Assembly (NCBI RefSeq): GCF_001949145.1
Contig: NW_019091356.1
Location: 1,364,789 to 1,428,788, forward strand
Reading direction: 5' to 3'
Origin: Acanthaster planci
Lineage: Eukaryota
Length of the DNA: 64,000 nucleotides
The translations under genes were made by a program, and so were the position numbers. Each line of letters starts with the position of its first letter. Within the stretch, counting starts at the first letter, position 1. The notes beneath the pieces were generated by a model. That model saw nothing but the letters and a program-made list of their open reading frames with translations. It searched no databases and had not been told where the DNA came from. Positions 1 through 10,444 of this stretch are shown here, piece after piece.

Positions 1-104
<104 letters not shown>

Positions 105-391
105 TGACCTGGCACACTCACCTCCCCAGAGTAGGAGAATGTCTTAATCGTGCATGAGCAAAATGTCAACAGTTGGAATATTCTTGGACCGGGAGCGGTT
201 TTTGCGTTTTGCCAAAGAGCAGATGTGTCAAATAAGCTGTGCCCAAACAGATAAGCAGGAAATTAATATCACACAGGGGTGGGAACCAGTTTTCACCTCG
301 CAATAGGTCTCTCCGCCTCCGTGAAAGATATAATGTTTTAATCTACATGGAATCATCACTCCACTTCTTGCTTCTCTGTTACTTCCTCCAG

Positions 392-572
392 CTGGAGTAC
401 CAGCGACAGCAGTTGCTCGCCGATAGGCAGCAATTCCACCAGGAGCAACTGCGGGCGGCTGAGATGCGAGCCCGTCAACACGCCCAGGCCATGGCTGCCA
501 TGCAGCAGGCAGCGACGGGCGGACCGGCACCCAGCAATAATGCCGCAGCACCAAGTATTCCTCAACTCACCG
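392..572 (+). CDS. SMARCC2: SMARCC1/2 exon: end of coiled coil and start of the Q/A/P-rich tail
   Basis: Pyrimidine tract plus CAG acceptor at 389-391. Reads LEYQRQQLLADRQQFHQEQLRAAEMRARQ..., the expected continuation (SMARCC2-type LEYQRQQLLADRQ). GTAAG donor at 573, phase 1. Confidence 0.96.
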
Positions 573-845
573 GTAAGACGACCGCACCGTGGTCTGGGGA
601 TTTGGCTCCATTGTCCACAGTGGTTGTCTTTAAGGGAGCACCTCAAAAGACACACAACTAGGAACATGCTGAGAATATAACATATTGCTGTTGCGAACAC
701 AGTGTCCCTGATAGGAGCATTGAAGTGGGTACAGGAACGTACCAAATTTTGATGCACTGCCTGAAAAGTCTCCGTTGTTCCCTTTAATATTGATGACAGT
801 TCCCATCATCACTTTTCATCTTTCCTTTGACCTCTTCGTGCCCAG

Positions 846-1091
846 GTTCCCCTCAGCTACCCTCCAGCACTCCTCCCCCGTCATCGGTGACTGCAACTCA
901 GCCCACCGTCCCCCACCCCGAGCAGGCGGCCGTGCCAGCGCCCATGGTCACCCCCGTGGGCGCCGATGGTGTTTCAGAGGGGACCAGCGTCCAGGACCAA
1001 CAGGCCGGAGTTGGGGGGAGCCAGCAGCCGGTCAAAGCGGACGAGCAGCCGCAGGCAGAAAGTGTACCCGCTGAGGAACCCATGGATACTG
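846..1091 (+). CDS. SMARCC2: SMARCC1/2 exon, P/S/T/Q-rich disordered tail
   Basis: CCCAG acceptor ending at 845. Open in the frame required by the upstream phase-1 junction (GSPQLPSSTPPP...EEPMDT), GC-rich, 246 nt. GTAAG donor at 1092. Confidence 0.88.
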
Positions 1092-1547
1092 GTAAGGAGG
1101 AGAGATTTCTATGCAACCTCCTTCTGTGAAGAAATGTGTACAGTGTATTTTGGTCTGTGAACTATGCAGCCAAAAAAATGACCAGTTCACAATTTTTGCA
1201 ATCTAAATTTGATATCATTTCAAGGAGAAAAGAAATGGCGTTGCCCTTGCTTATTAACTTTTATCAACTCAGAGACCTTGGAACCCAGTTTTAAAACATT
1301 AGTCATAAACAACAAAAGAGAACATAGAGCAAAGTTTTACCATGTGATAGTAAGCTGTGGGGCTCACCTGTGATGTTTTGACAAAGTGCGGCCATGACTG
1401 CACGACCAAATGTGGGATGTGACCTTGCGAATGAAGTGCATGGTTTGCATCTTCAATGAGGCTCAATGATCAATGTGTGTTAAACACAGAAATGTGTCCA
1501 GAAAGTTGCCCCTTCAACTCTCGTCTACTTTGTCTGCCCCATCTCAG

Positions 1548-1706
1548 GCGATGTCCCAAGCCAACCAGATGCCCCTGTACCCGCTCCATCCACGGCCGCT
1601 CAGAACCCAGCCATCGTAGCCGCCGTGACGGGCGCCTTGCCTCCCACCTCCGTAGGGAGCGACAGCACCCTCACCCAGAGCCCTCTTCAAGACACCAACA
1701 GCCAAG
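1548..1706 (+). CDS. SMARCC2: SMARCC1/2 exon, P/A/S/T-rich tail
   Basis: Pyrimidine tract plus TCAG acceptor ending at 1547. In frame GDVPSQPDAPVPAPSTAAQNPAIVAAVTGALPPTSVGSDSTLTQSPLQDTNSQ, 159 nt. CAAG/GTACGC donor at 1707. Confidence 0.85.
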
Positions 1707-1719
1707 GTACGCATTCATT

Positions 1720-1993
1720 GTGGAGGCGGGGGGGAGGGGGTTTGACTCGCGACCAGATGGTGAGGGGTTCGAATCCAGCTGCTGGCCATACGTGTAGGTA
1801 ATGTGGCCTTGGGCAAATCACCCCACCCCTACTTTCCTCTCTCCATCCAGGAAAATATAAATGGCTACCAGCATTGGCTGTGGAGTAACCAGTGATGGAC
1901 TGTTGGGGGGGGGTGAACAGTATTTTCAATCATGCCAAGAAAAGCAGAGATGAATACCAGTACGATGGGTCACACTAGCTGAGAACTGACTTG
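1720..1993 (+). mobile_element. tRNA-derived SINE (degenerate) in a SMARCC intron
   Basis: Pol III B-box GGTTCGAATCC at 1766-1776, followed by blocks typical of invertebrate SINE bodies (GGCCTTGGGCAA; CTCTCCATCCAGG-AAATATAAATGGCTACC; GATGGACTG..GGGGGG; GATGGGTCACAC). No intact cloverleaf. Family not assigned. Confidence 0.7.
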
Positions 1994-4671
1994 TCTACTC
2001 TGTTAAAAGTGAACAAAATTCGGCTGAAGCAGAGCGTAGCGGAAAAGCTGGGATGTCTTTTTTAATTTTGTGGTAAAAAAGTTAACCTATGTTGTACAAG
2101 CATGCCGGTTTTGTGCTGGACGTAGGATGGTCTGGCTTACAGGCCATCTGTGAGTGTTTACTGTACGTTTCCCCTCACTCAGCCGGATCTGTGATCATTA
2201 TCATGTAGGAAACCAATCATGGCACGTTCTCTGTACTAACCTGTCCAAGAGCTGCCAAAACCCACCGCAGGGAGGGAAGTTCTTTTTTTTAAAAGCAGTA
2301 ACAAGGCCCAACCTTCCCCAGCCTCTCAAAAATACTCTGACACTCGGCAGGTTTTGTTAAGAACTATGCAGGGTGATTGTTGTTAAAGGTTACTTTATTA
2401 TCAGAATGAATCTGTTACCATTATATTCATGTCGGGGTAACAAGTGGAAATGTAAGAGACCTTCTTCCCTTTGGTCATGTTCAGGGAAACTTGGTCATAC
2501 GTTTGAGGTTACTTGCTGCAGGGTTCTTTTGCTGTGTTCTAAAAAAAAAAAGGGGAAAAAGAGCAACAGGAGATGCCTTTGTGCTAACGTGCAACATTTA
2601 TTCCCTTCAAAAGTCCTTACCACTTTGCTATACAGTGTATTTTCGAAGGCCGGTGTATTTTTAGATCAGCGAGACTTTTTGCACTTAACATTCTTAGGCA
2701 GTGAATGTAACTGCTAAAGCATGACCTGTAGGTGGCTTGACTAAAGCATTTCTTCTGTAAGGAAGCTTTTTACAAAATGGAAAAGGGTAATGCACAGACA
2801 TACCTGCCAAACGTGAAAAAGAAACCAAAATGCTCAAAACAGCCTGACAAGACAAAAAAAAAAGTGCATGCACATCCTTGCCTTTGGCACACAGATAATT
2901 TTCAAGTTGAAACTTTCCGGCCGATTTGAATGGTCTGTACTTCTTTGTCTGCCTTGGTTTCGTCCCCCCCTCCCCCCAAAAACAGTTGGTAGTAAAAAAA
3001 AAAAGTATTTGGAGTGAATCATGGGATGGTGGGGGGATTTTTTGTTAGTTTTAATGCCTGTCGGAACTGCCGGGTGCATGTGTTGTTACAGAGGGAGCAG
3101 AAAACTTTCCACTGCCCCCTGGGAATCCAGCATTCTCTTGTTCAGCATCCAGAAAAAGAATCTGGGGCTTGAGGGGTGTTGAATTCGAGAGGAAGCATTT
3201 TGTAGGTGTGTGACTTTAGGTGTCTTGTACTTTGGTGGGGAAGGAAATTTGTTGCTCTTTGTTAAAGTTTGACAGTGTAATCCGAGATGAAATGAATGGC
3301 ATGGTTGCGTGAGAAGTCACTGGATTATAGATTCTTTAGGTTTACCCTATGAATTGTGCAGTTATATGGTTACGAAGATTTGGTGCCCATTTGGCAAGTT
3401 TGTACTTTTGAATTGGACTATGAACTTTTGTGTCAAAAGTAGGGAGAGCATTTATGACTTCCAGATGAATCAAAAGTCATCATTTATGTTCTGTGTGATA
3501 TGCTGTTGCTTTGAAGATATATTTCAGGTTTATTTTTTAATTTTTTTTTGGCTTCAAGGCCAGTTCATTCTTGCTGCAAAAGCGAGTTCACACCAGTGAC
3601 ACTGCGACATCAGGCCACATGTTATCACACTAAAGCTGAGCATGTTTCAATGGAGGGGGGGTTAAGATGTGTCCAGATTTTTTCTAAAATGTGCTCAGGA
3701 TACCGTATGTGGATTGCTTATTTTGCATCGCTTTGCTGAATTTTTCGCCTTATTAGTTTCCCGTTTTTGCAAGAAAGCTAATTGAGAGTTTGTGAATTTT
3801 TGTGTGGTTACTCCAACTGAAATCCAATGGCATTGTCTGAATGTTTGACAGGGAACATTTGAGCAATGCTGTTTATTGGTTAAAAAGATGCAGTATTCTG
3901 GCACTTAGCCAATCAGGTTTGTGTTTAAGGACAGTTTCTCAGGTGACATTTTGCTGATGTTACAGTTCACCAATTGTCCCTTGGAGAGTTTGATTGATCA
4001 AAGTGGCAGTCATTGCTATGGACACCTTTTGGTTAACAGAGTGGCCACAAAAATTTCATGGAAATTTTCATGGCTCAAAAGTCGGGTGGAAAAGAGGCAG
4101 GAAAATCAACTAGCAAGGATACGGCAGGTGCATTTGGTGTGATTCATTGTTGAAATAGTCAGATAAATTGGTTAAATATTCTGATCAAGGATTAATGGAC
4201 ATCAGAAGGGCAACTTCTTTCCTGAGATTTTTCAGTTTCCCTCAAATCTCACCCAAAAAATTTCACTGCAGTGGTTTAGTGACGTCAAATTTTTTCATTG
4301 TTTTTCTTTTGCCTAAAGCATGAACCAGCCTTAACTCACAGTTCACATTCAAAGGTGTTCAAGGTGCTCTTCTCCTCCAACAAAAAAAAGACGTCTGGTG
4401 CCAGACTGTTTTGGTTCCAAGCCTCACTTTCCTTTTTTTTTTCTTTTTTTTAAATATAGCTTTAAACATTTAGATGTAATTTATCTCAAGTTTCAAATCA
4501 TTCAAAAAGTAAAATTGGTATTAATTTGTAATGCACTTTTATTTGATACCTGTCATTTTTACTCTTAGGTTCCAAAAATGAAAAGTTGACCTCTTTTTCA
4601 ATTTAAGATGGCTGACACATGAATACAGTCTATTTGAAGTTGGCAGCCTCCATCTTTTGGTCTATCCACAG

Positions 4672-4784
4672 ATGGCGCAGGCAGCCTGGCAGAGAGTCGG
4701 CCTGAGAGCATGGGCAGTGAAGCCTTGAGTAACCAGTCAGCCAGTAACCAGTCCCCTCCCAGTACGGCCTCCCCTGCCTCGTAA
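4672..4784 (+). CDS. SMARCC2: SMARCC1/2 probable terminal coding exon
   Basis: CACAG acceptor ending at 4671. The phase-1 continuation reads DGAGSLAESRPESMGSEALSNQSASNQSPPSTASPAS then TAA (4782-4784). It is a GC-rich island in AT-rich flanks. Confidence 0.78.
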
Positions 4785-6960
4785 TGGAATGTGCCAGCTC
4801 ATCATGATCATCTCGTCTCAGTGTTTCTCAAAGCAGAACTCAAGCAAAATCTTTGAAAGCATTTGAAATCTGGACATGGTTTGAATGTTGGGCTGAATTT
4901 TCACCTGTTCACATTCCACTTGCAAGCAGATTACCAGCAGGTGTTTGGTTGCCTTCAAAATGTGCTCCATCTTAAAGTGTTCATGTATGAAACAAAGCAG
5001 AGTAACTTCTTGAAAAACTTTAGTTTTTCCAGTATTTTTGCGGTCAGAAAATGGCTTCAATGAGCTATTTAAATAAGTACCAACAGAGTTCGCCAGACAA
5101 TTTGTCTGAGTTTTACCTTGTGGCGCATTCTTCACTAAATCTCTGCTTCCAATGTTGATTGTAAGTAAGGGCCATGCAGATAGCACCCTTGTCTTCATGT
5201 CGGTCTGGGAACAAATTTGATCTCCTTGAAATGTTCTTTGGGTTTCCTTAGTTTCAAGTTTGTTTTTGTTATTCAGTTTTCATATGTAAATAACTTTTTT
5301 GTCTTTGTCGTCGATAGATGTAAAAACAGATTCATCAGTTTGCATTTAGTTACAACTTAGAACATCTGTTCAGAATGACCCTCCCTGCTTTCTTCAGAAG
5401 AAAAATGTTGAAGTAACAGAAAAGTGACAACAAAGAGCTGTCGTAATAGACTCTTACCAGCTGAAATGCCATGCAGTTGCATTGCTAATAACTGGTTCCC
5501 TGCTGATATCTTGCAATACTACATGTAGCCTGTCGCAATAGAGTTGCGAAGTACATAAGTGTCCCAAGGTCATAAACGCTCACCAGCTGCAATGCCATGC
5601 AGTTGCATTGCTTATAACTGGTTCCCTGCTGGTATCTTGCAAGACTAGCCTTCAAGAGTGTCCACTTTAAACCTTTGTTTCACGTTAAATTTTCATGTGT
5701 CAAGTCAGATAAAACACAAGTAAACGGAATAGATATTTGTAGGCTCTCCAGAGTGATGGTTTTTTGAAACCCTGAATTCTGAAAGCAAAGGCAGTGACTT
5801 TGGAATTTAGGTTTTGGTGTACAGCACAGAAATTCGCATCTAGCCTGCAGTCTGTCAATGGAGCTTGAGATTGCGAAGCCAGAGCTTGAAGCTGAAGCCA
5901 GAATTATACAAACGGCCCAAGATTGGGTTGAAAGTCATAGCATGTTGCTTTATAAAAGCTGTTCGTGAGAAAACTTCATGCATTTTTCTACTCTACCGTA
6001 AAATAATTTTCTACATTTGTTCTAAAGGGAAATGCAATGTCAGTGTATATACATGCAGCACCCCAGAGCATTACTAGACATTTAATATATTTCCTGTCTG
6101 AAGTCAGCATCATGGGCCTCAGGGCTCATTCACCGTGGTATTAAAATGATTACTAGTTTAAGGAGAAGTAACCAATTTGAATGTTTGCATGATTGGGAGG
6201 GGGGAATAGTTAGTGCGCCCCTACCCCTCGCCCACTTCCTGGACCTCCAACAAGGATGCATGTACCTGTAACATGCAGGGCCCGTCAAGTCAGGGTTGTT
6301 CTAGACTTTGACGGCATTGCCCAGCTGATGAAAGTGGCAGATGTCTGTACGTCAACACCAGCCCCCACAACATACATTTTGGAATGTTCAGAAAATGCCA
6401 AAACTCTGAGAAAAGCACTTTTACGGGTACGCGCTAGTGTGAAATCTGCAATCTGCGTTTGATGTCACCAACCTTCCCCCCCCTACTATCCAGTTCATGT
6501 GACACATTGCATGTCTGCTTTGGATGGCGGCATCAGACAGCTGCAGTGCCACAAGTTTTCACGAGAAGTAGCCCCAAGGGACTATTTGGGGAGGGGGGAA
6601 AAATGTGTGCCAAGCAACCAAGAAAAATGGAAATTGTCCTCGGGAAGAAAATTGGACAGGTGGTATGCGTGTGTGTGTCACACGTAGCAGGTGTGGGTTT
6701 TAGGCGTAGGTGTTTTCAGCTAACTGGAAGGGGATAACCACTAGGCAAACAACCTGAGCCTAACACCTGTGAAGAGTTGGCAACTAGCCGGGATGTTTAG
6801 TTATTGGAACGCCAGAAGAAAAAGTACATTTATTCCCAGCAGTAAGCCCTGTAAAGGAAATCTAAGTTTACTTCAAATTTATATCACACACTGCAGGCTG
6901 GGCTGTTCAACAATTGTACTCTTGCTTTTTACAGCAAATAAACTTCATCTTTGTGATAGA
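4785..6960 (+). other. Probable SMARCC 3' UTR ending near a polyadenylation signal
   Basis: AT-rich sequence follows the stop codon. AATAAA lies at 6937-6942 with a GT/T-rich element (TGAGTGTTGATTTTTATTGT) about 40 nt downstream. The end point is inferred. Confidence 0.45.
5456..5651 (+). repeat. Imperfect ~65-70 bp direct repeat (two copies, 126 bp period) in the 3' UTR
   Basis: ACCAGCTGAAATGCCATGCAGTTGCATTGCTAATAACTGGTTCCCTGCTGATATCTTGCAA at 5456 versus ACCAGCTGCAATGCCATGCAGTTGCATTGCTTATAACTGGTTCCCTGCTGGTATCTTGCAA at 5582. Confidence 0.9.
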
Positions 6961-7540
6961 AAAGAAAAACATAGGCTCCATGAGTGTTGATTTTTATTGT
7001 CAGTAAACAAATAATTGAAGTGTGGTCACCTTATAACTGCTAATGCTGGAAGGTGGCCAGATTATCTGTAGGAGCTGGCCTTCATGATGACAAAGGCTAG
7101 AGTTGTAACAGTTCAAAGGAAATGCTCAAGAGAATAAGCTCAACGTTAAAGTTTCAATTTTGCTTATTTTTCGGGAAACCATAGTGACAAACCTCGTAAT
7201 GCACACTGCACACAGAATCTATGATTTCTCAAAGCCAGCTTCAATACTGTCAGTTTACTAAGCAAGTTAAGATTTTACGCCTCAGAATTTCACGCAATGC
7301 TATTTTAAATATCTGTTCACTGCCCACCTCCAACAAACAATGCTGTGATTGAAAACTTGGAGATGTCAAATTCAATCTGGTATATCTGCGATACAAAAGG
7401 ATTATTTGGGCAAACTTTAGAGCGCCACCTTTGTTTTCAGAGTTTAATTTTAGACTGTTCCAAGGTGGAAAGGGGCCGGGGTGCTACTTGAGTTGTTCAA
7501 CATGAATTTCAAAATGTTGCTTGAGATGAAAGTCAGAAAC

Positions 7541-7842
7541 CAGTGGCGTAGCCATGGGGGGGTGCCCCCACAAATTGCCAGTGCCCCCATGTCCCTCTCC
7601 CACTAAAACAAACAAACAAACAAACAAACAAACAAACAAACAAACAAACAAACACCCCAACACCCCCAACAAACAAACAAACAAAAAACAAAACAAAACA
7701 AAAAAACCCGGATGAATAGATATCGAACAACGCGAACAAAAACTTGCCCCCGCACACCATTGAAAGCTGGTGCCCCCCCCCCCATAAGATGCTGGTGGCC
7801 CATTTGTGCCCTCCCCCTTGTAAAATCCAGGCTAATCCACTA
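7541..7842. mobile_element. hAT-type MITE with an 8 bp target-site duplication
   Basis: Left end CAGTGGCGTAGCC; the right end reverse-complements to TAGTGGATTAGCC (10/13 match). Flanked by TCAGAAAC (7533-7540) and TCAAAAAC (7843-7850). An 8 bp TSD is characteristic of hAT elements. Confidence 0.7.
7606..7653. repeat. (AAAC)12 microsatellite, with a degenerate continuation to ~7706
   Basis: Read directly from the sequence; it lies inside the hAT-type MITE. Confidence 0.95.
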
Positions 7843-8185
7843 TCAAAAACATGCAAAAATCCATAATGAAAACCGGCCACCATCAAAACAGAAGTCGCAC
7901 TGTGGTTACATTGTAACATGTTGATGTAGTAAGGATTCTCTTTTTATTTGGTTGGACATAAATTACCAAAAATCAACCTTCGGTGTCTTGAAGAACAGTG
8001 CGCTGGACATTTAACTTCTTCTGTCTAGCAAGTGTATGGTGTAGTTAGATAAAATTGGGCTCTCAAGTAAACATTAATTTGTCCGGAATTTCTGTCACTA
8101 GCACCCTGTATATCAGCATTAGTATATCTCCAAATTGTAGTTTTCGTTGCTAAATATTTGAGATTGGCAGGGATATAATGGCCTT

Positions 8186-8621
8186 ATCGCCACCTCGAAA
8201 TCCTCGCGCTTCCCTTGAAGTGTGCTAAAATGTCACCATGCAGAATTTGTCTTTTGTCTAATACGTATGCGATGCAAGTGTCTTCTAGGCCTTTCTCTTA
8301 TGTTTTGCACGGATAACGATGACGCCACTAATCATGCCCAGCTCACACTAATTTGGCACGTGGTTTATTTTCCTTCCTCCCCGCTAAACCGACACGACAC
8401 CGACGTGGCACTATATTGCTTTGAAACTAAAGGAAATGACTCTTGAGCCGTCCTTTATTTTGAGTTCTTCTGAAAAGACCCTGAATCCAGAGGCATATCA
8501 GAGGGAATAACAAATTAACTGCAAAATGCAAAAGCAGCAAATGAAGGATTCATCTTGTCAGCTTTTTGTGACGTCCTAGTTCAAAACTCAAGTCACAGAG
8601 TTCAGCCATCTTTTGGTAAGT
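8186..8621 (+). promoter_or_regulatory. Candidate CpG-rich promoter and non-coding first exon, possibly of the semaphorin gene
   Basis: Local CpG enrichment, E-box CACGTG at 8357-8362, YY1-like GCCATCTT at 8605-8612, and a consensus donor TG/GTAAGT at 8616. No transcript evidence. Confidence 0.35.
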
Positions 8622-10332
8622 CCTTTTTTTTTCTTGGGTCGCGTTTCTATCGCAGTTTTGAGTTTGGCAGTCCTTTCTGTTCATTACCCTCTACATTTTT
8701 ATTCACTCATTTTTAAAAACGTCGTACGAGATATTTATTGTGGTCCAACTTACCTGCGCATTTCGGGAAGTCTCCTTTTACTGTTCAAACAATTATGGAT
8801 CTGGGAGTCATTTGCTGAACACCCCGGCAATTCCAAACTCTTTGGGGGGAGCAGGGGGATTTTGAAACTTTGTCATGTAAAATTTCTACGGGTGAGGTTT
8901 TACCTTTCATTTTTGTTTTATTTTCAAGGGTTTTTGGGGGGGGTGGGCATGGCCCTGTTGGCCCCCCTGGATTATTAGACCGGTAAACAGAACGCGACGT
9001 ACAACTATTTTATTGTCACAAAATGAAAGCAACTGAGGTTACTGAAGTGGCAAGATGCTCACTGTAGCGCTAGCAGAGTCTTTATTCACTGCAAAAAAAT
9101 GTACATGAAGTTGAACATGTTGCACTGCGGTTCTGTGGTATAGTCAGCTAAGGTGGAACAAAAACACTTATCTACGGTCTGCTTGCTGTGAATTTTAATC
9201 AATACATTTGCAGTTGGGCACCAGTTTATTTACAACTCCCCACATGATAACAAACTGACTCAACCAGGTAGAGCCTTTATGCATGATTAAGAAAAATCTC
9301 CATAAGCCTTATCGCAAATACTGCATGGGTGGTTTTGCACAATGGTAGAAAGGCATTGTGGGAAGGGAAAGGGAGTAAACATTGCCCCCTTTTCCTTCCC
9401 ATAATGCCTTTGTACAATTGTGCAAAATCACCCATGCAGTATTTGCGATTGAAATGAAATTCCATAACTCTTGGCAGTCCAGAGTTCCTATGTACCATTC
9501 CTATCCCCTAACTGAATAAAGCTTCCATTTTCTTCTCAGTGAAAAAAAAAAGATAACCTTCTTGGAACTTGACCTGCATCATTGTGTAGTTAATCCCTCT
9601 GGTCTCTGCCGCCATGAAATTCCAGTGGCATTCACTTGAGAACTTGATACACTTAAGTCTGGGGTAAAGCTATACCAATGATGTTGATATTGGTTGAGAG
9701 GCACTGTCGGGATCTGGTCTATGTGTTTAATAATGGTGTAACTTGGTAAGCATATCGGTGGAAAATGTACAAGCTCTGAAGTCTGGGACAGAGTGTGGCT
9801 GAGCTGGATGTGTTGAAGGAAAGGGTGGGTGGGAATTCTCAAGTTTGCAGCTTGCATTGAGGGTAAAGGTAAACGACCTTAGCTCAGTCAGTAGCACCAC
9901 TCGGTACAAAAAGCCACCAATGCAGATTCAGATGGCACACTCGTTCTCCTGTGGTAGATGGTTAAACTCTTGGCTGACACGGTGCTTCAAATGTGACTGG
10001 TCGAGTTTTGATATGTTTGCTTGTTTTGTGTGCCTGCTGTATTTCTAAAAATAGTTAGAGAGTTTTTTCTTTGAAATAGATTCTGCTAGGATTGCAACAT
10101 CAGACCCTTTTACTTTTTCGAGGTGGAGTACAATGACCTAGGGACCTAGGCTACATTTTAAGCTTCAACAAATTTGCTATCAAGCCAGTGTAGAAGCCAG
10201 AATAGGTAATAACTGAAGTCTGGAGTCCCGAACCTATCAAGGTTCTCCAAGAGCAGCATCTAAATTCTTGGGATCCTGGATGTGCTCCTATGTAGGCTGC
10301 AAACTTGTCTGGCCAAAGTAGAGGGGGCATAT

Positions 10333-10444
10333 TCTTGAAAAAGTTGTCACCCGCCTGAAAGCTGTCCGCCTGCTTTTAGATTAATGTACATATATCAACA
10401 ACGAAAAAAAAATTTGATTTTAAACGGGGTTACTTTTGACAAGA
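10333..10444. mobile_element. Possible degenerate short inverted-repeat element
   Basis: Left end TCTTGAAAAAGTTGTCACCCG resembles the reverse complement of the right end, TCTTGTCAAAAGTAACCCCG. No TSD seen. Confidence 0.3.

Noticed and set aside
228..1116. Antisense and alternative-frame ORFs overlapping SMARCC exons
   Set aside because: Shadows of GC-rich coding exons; the spliced + strand frame explains the signal.
1741..1790. tRNA gene suggested by GGTTCGAATCC
   Set aside because: No intact acceptor or D arm, and it is followed by SINE body sequence; treated as a SINE head.
7484..7924. ORFs with FVCL/CLFV repeats
   Set aside because: Translation of the (AAAC)n microsatellite inside a MITE.
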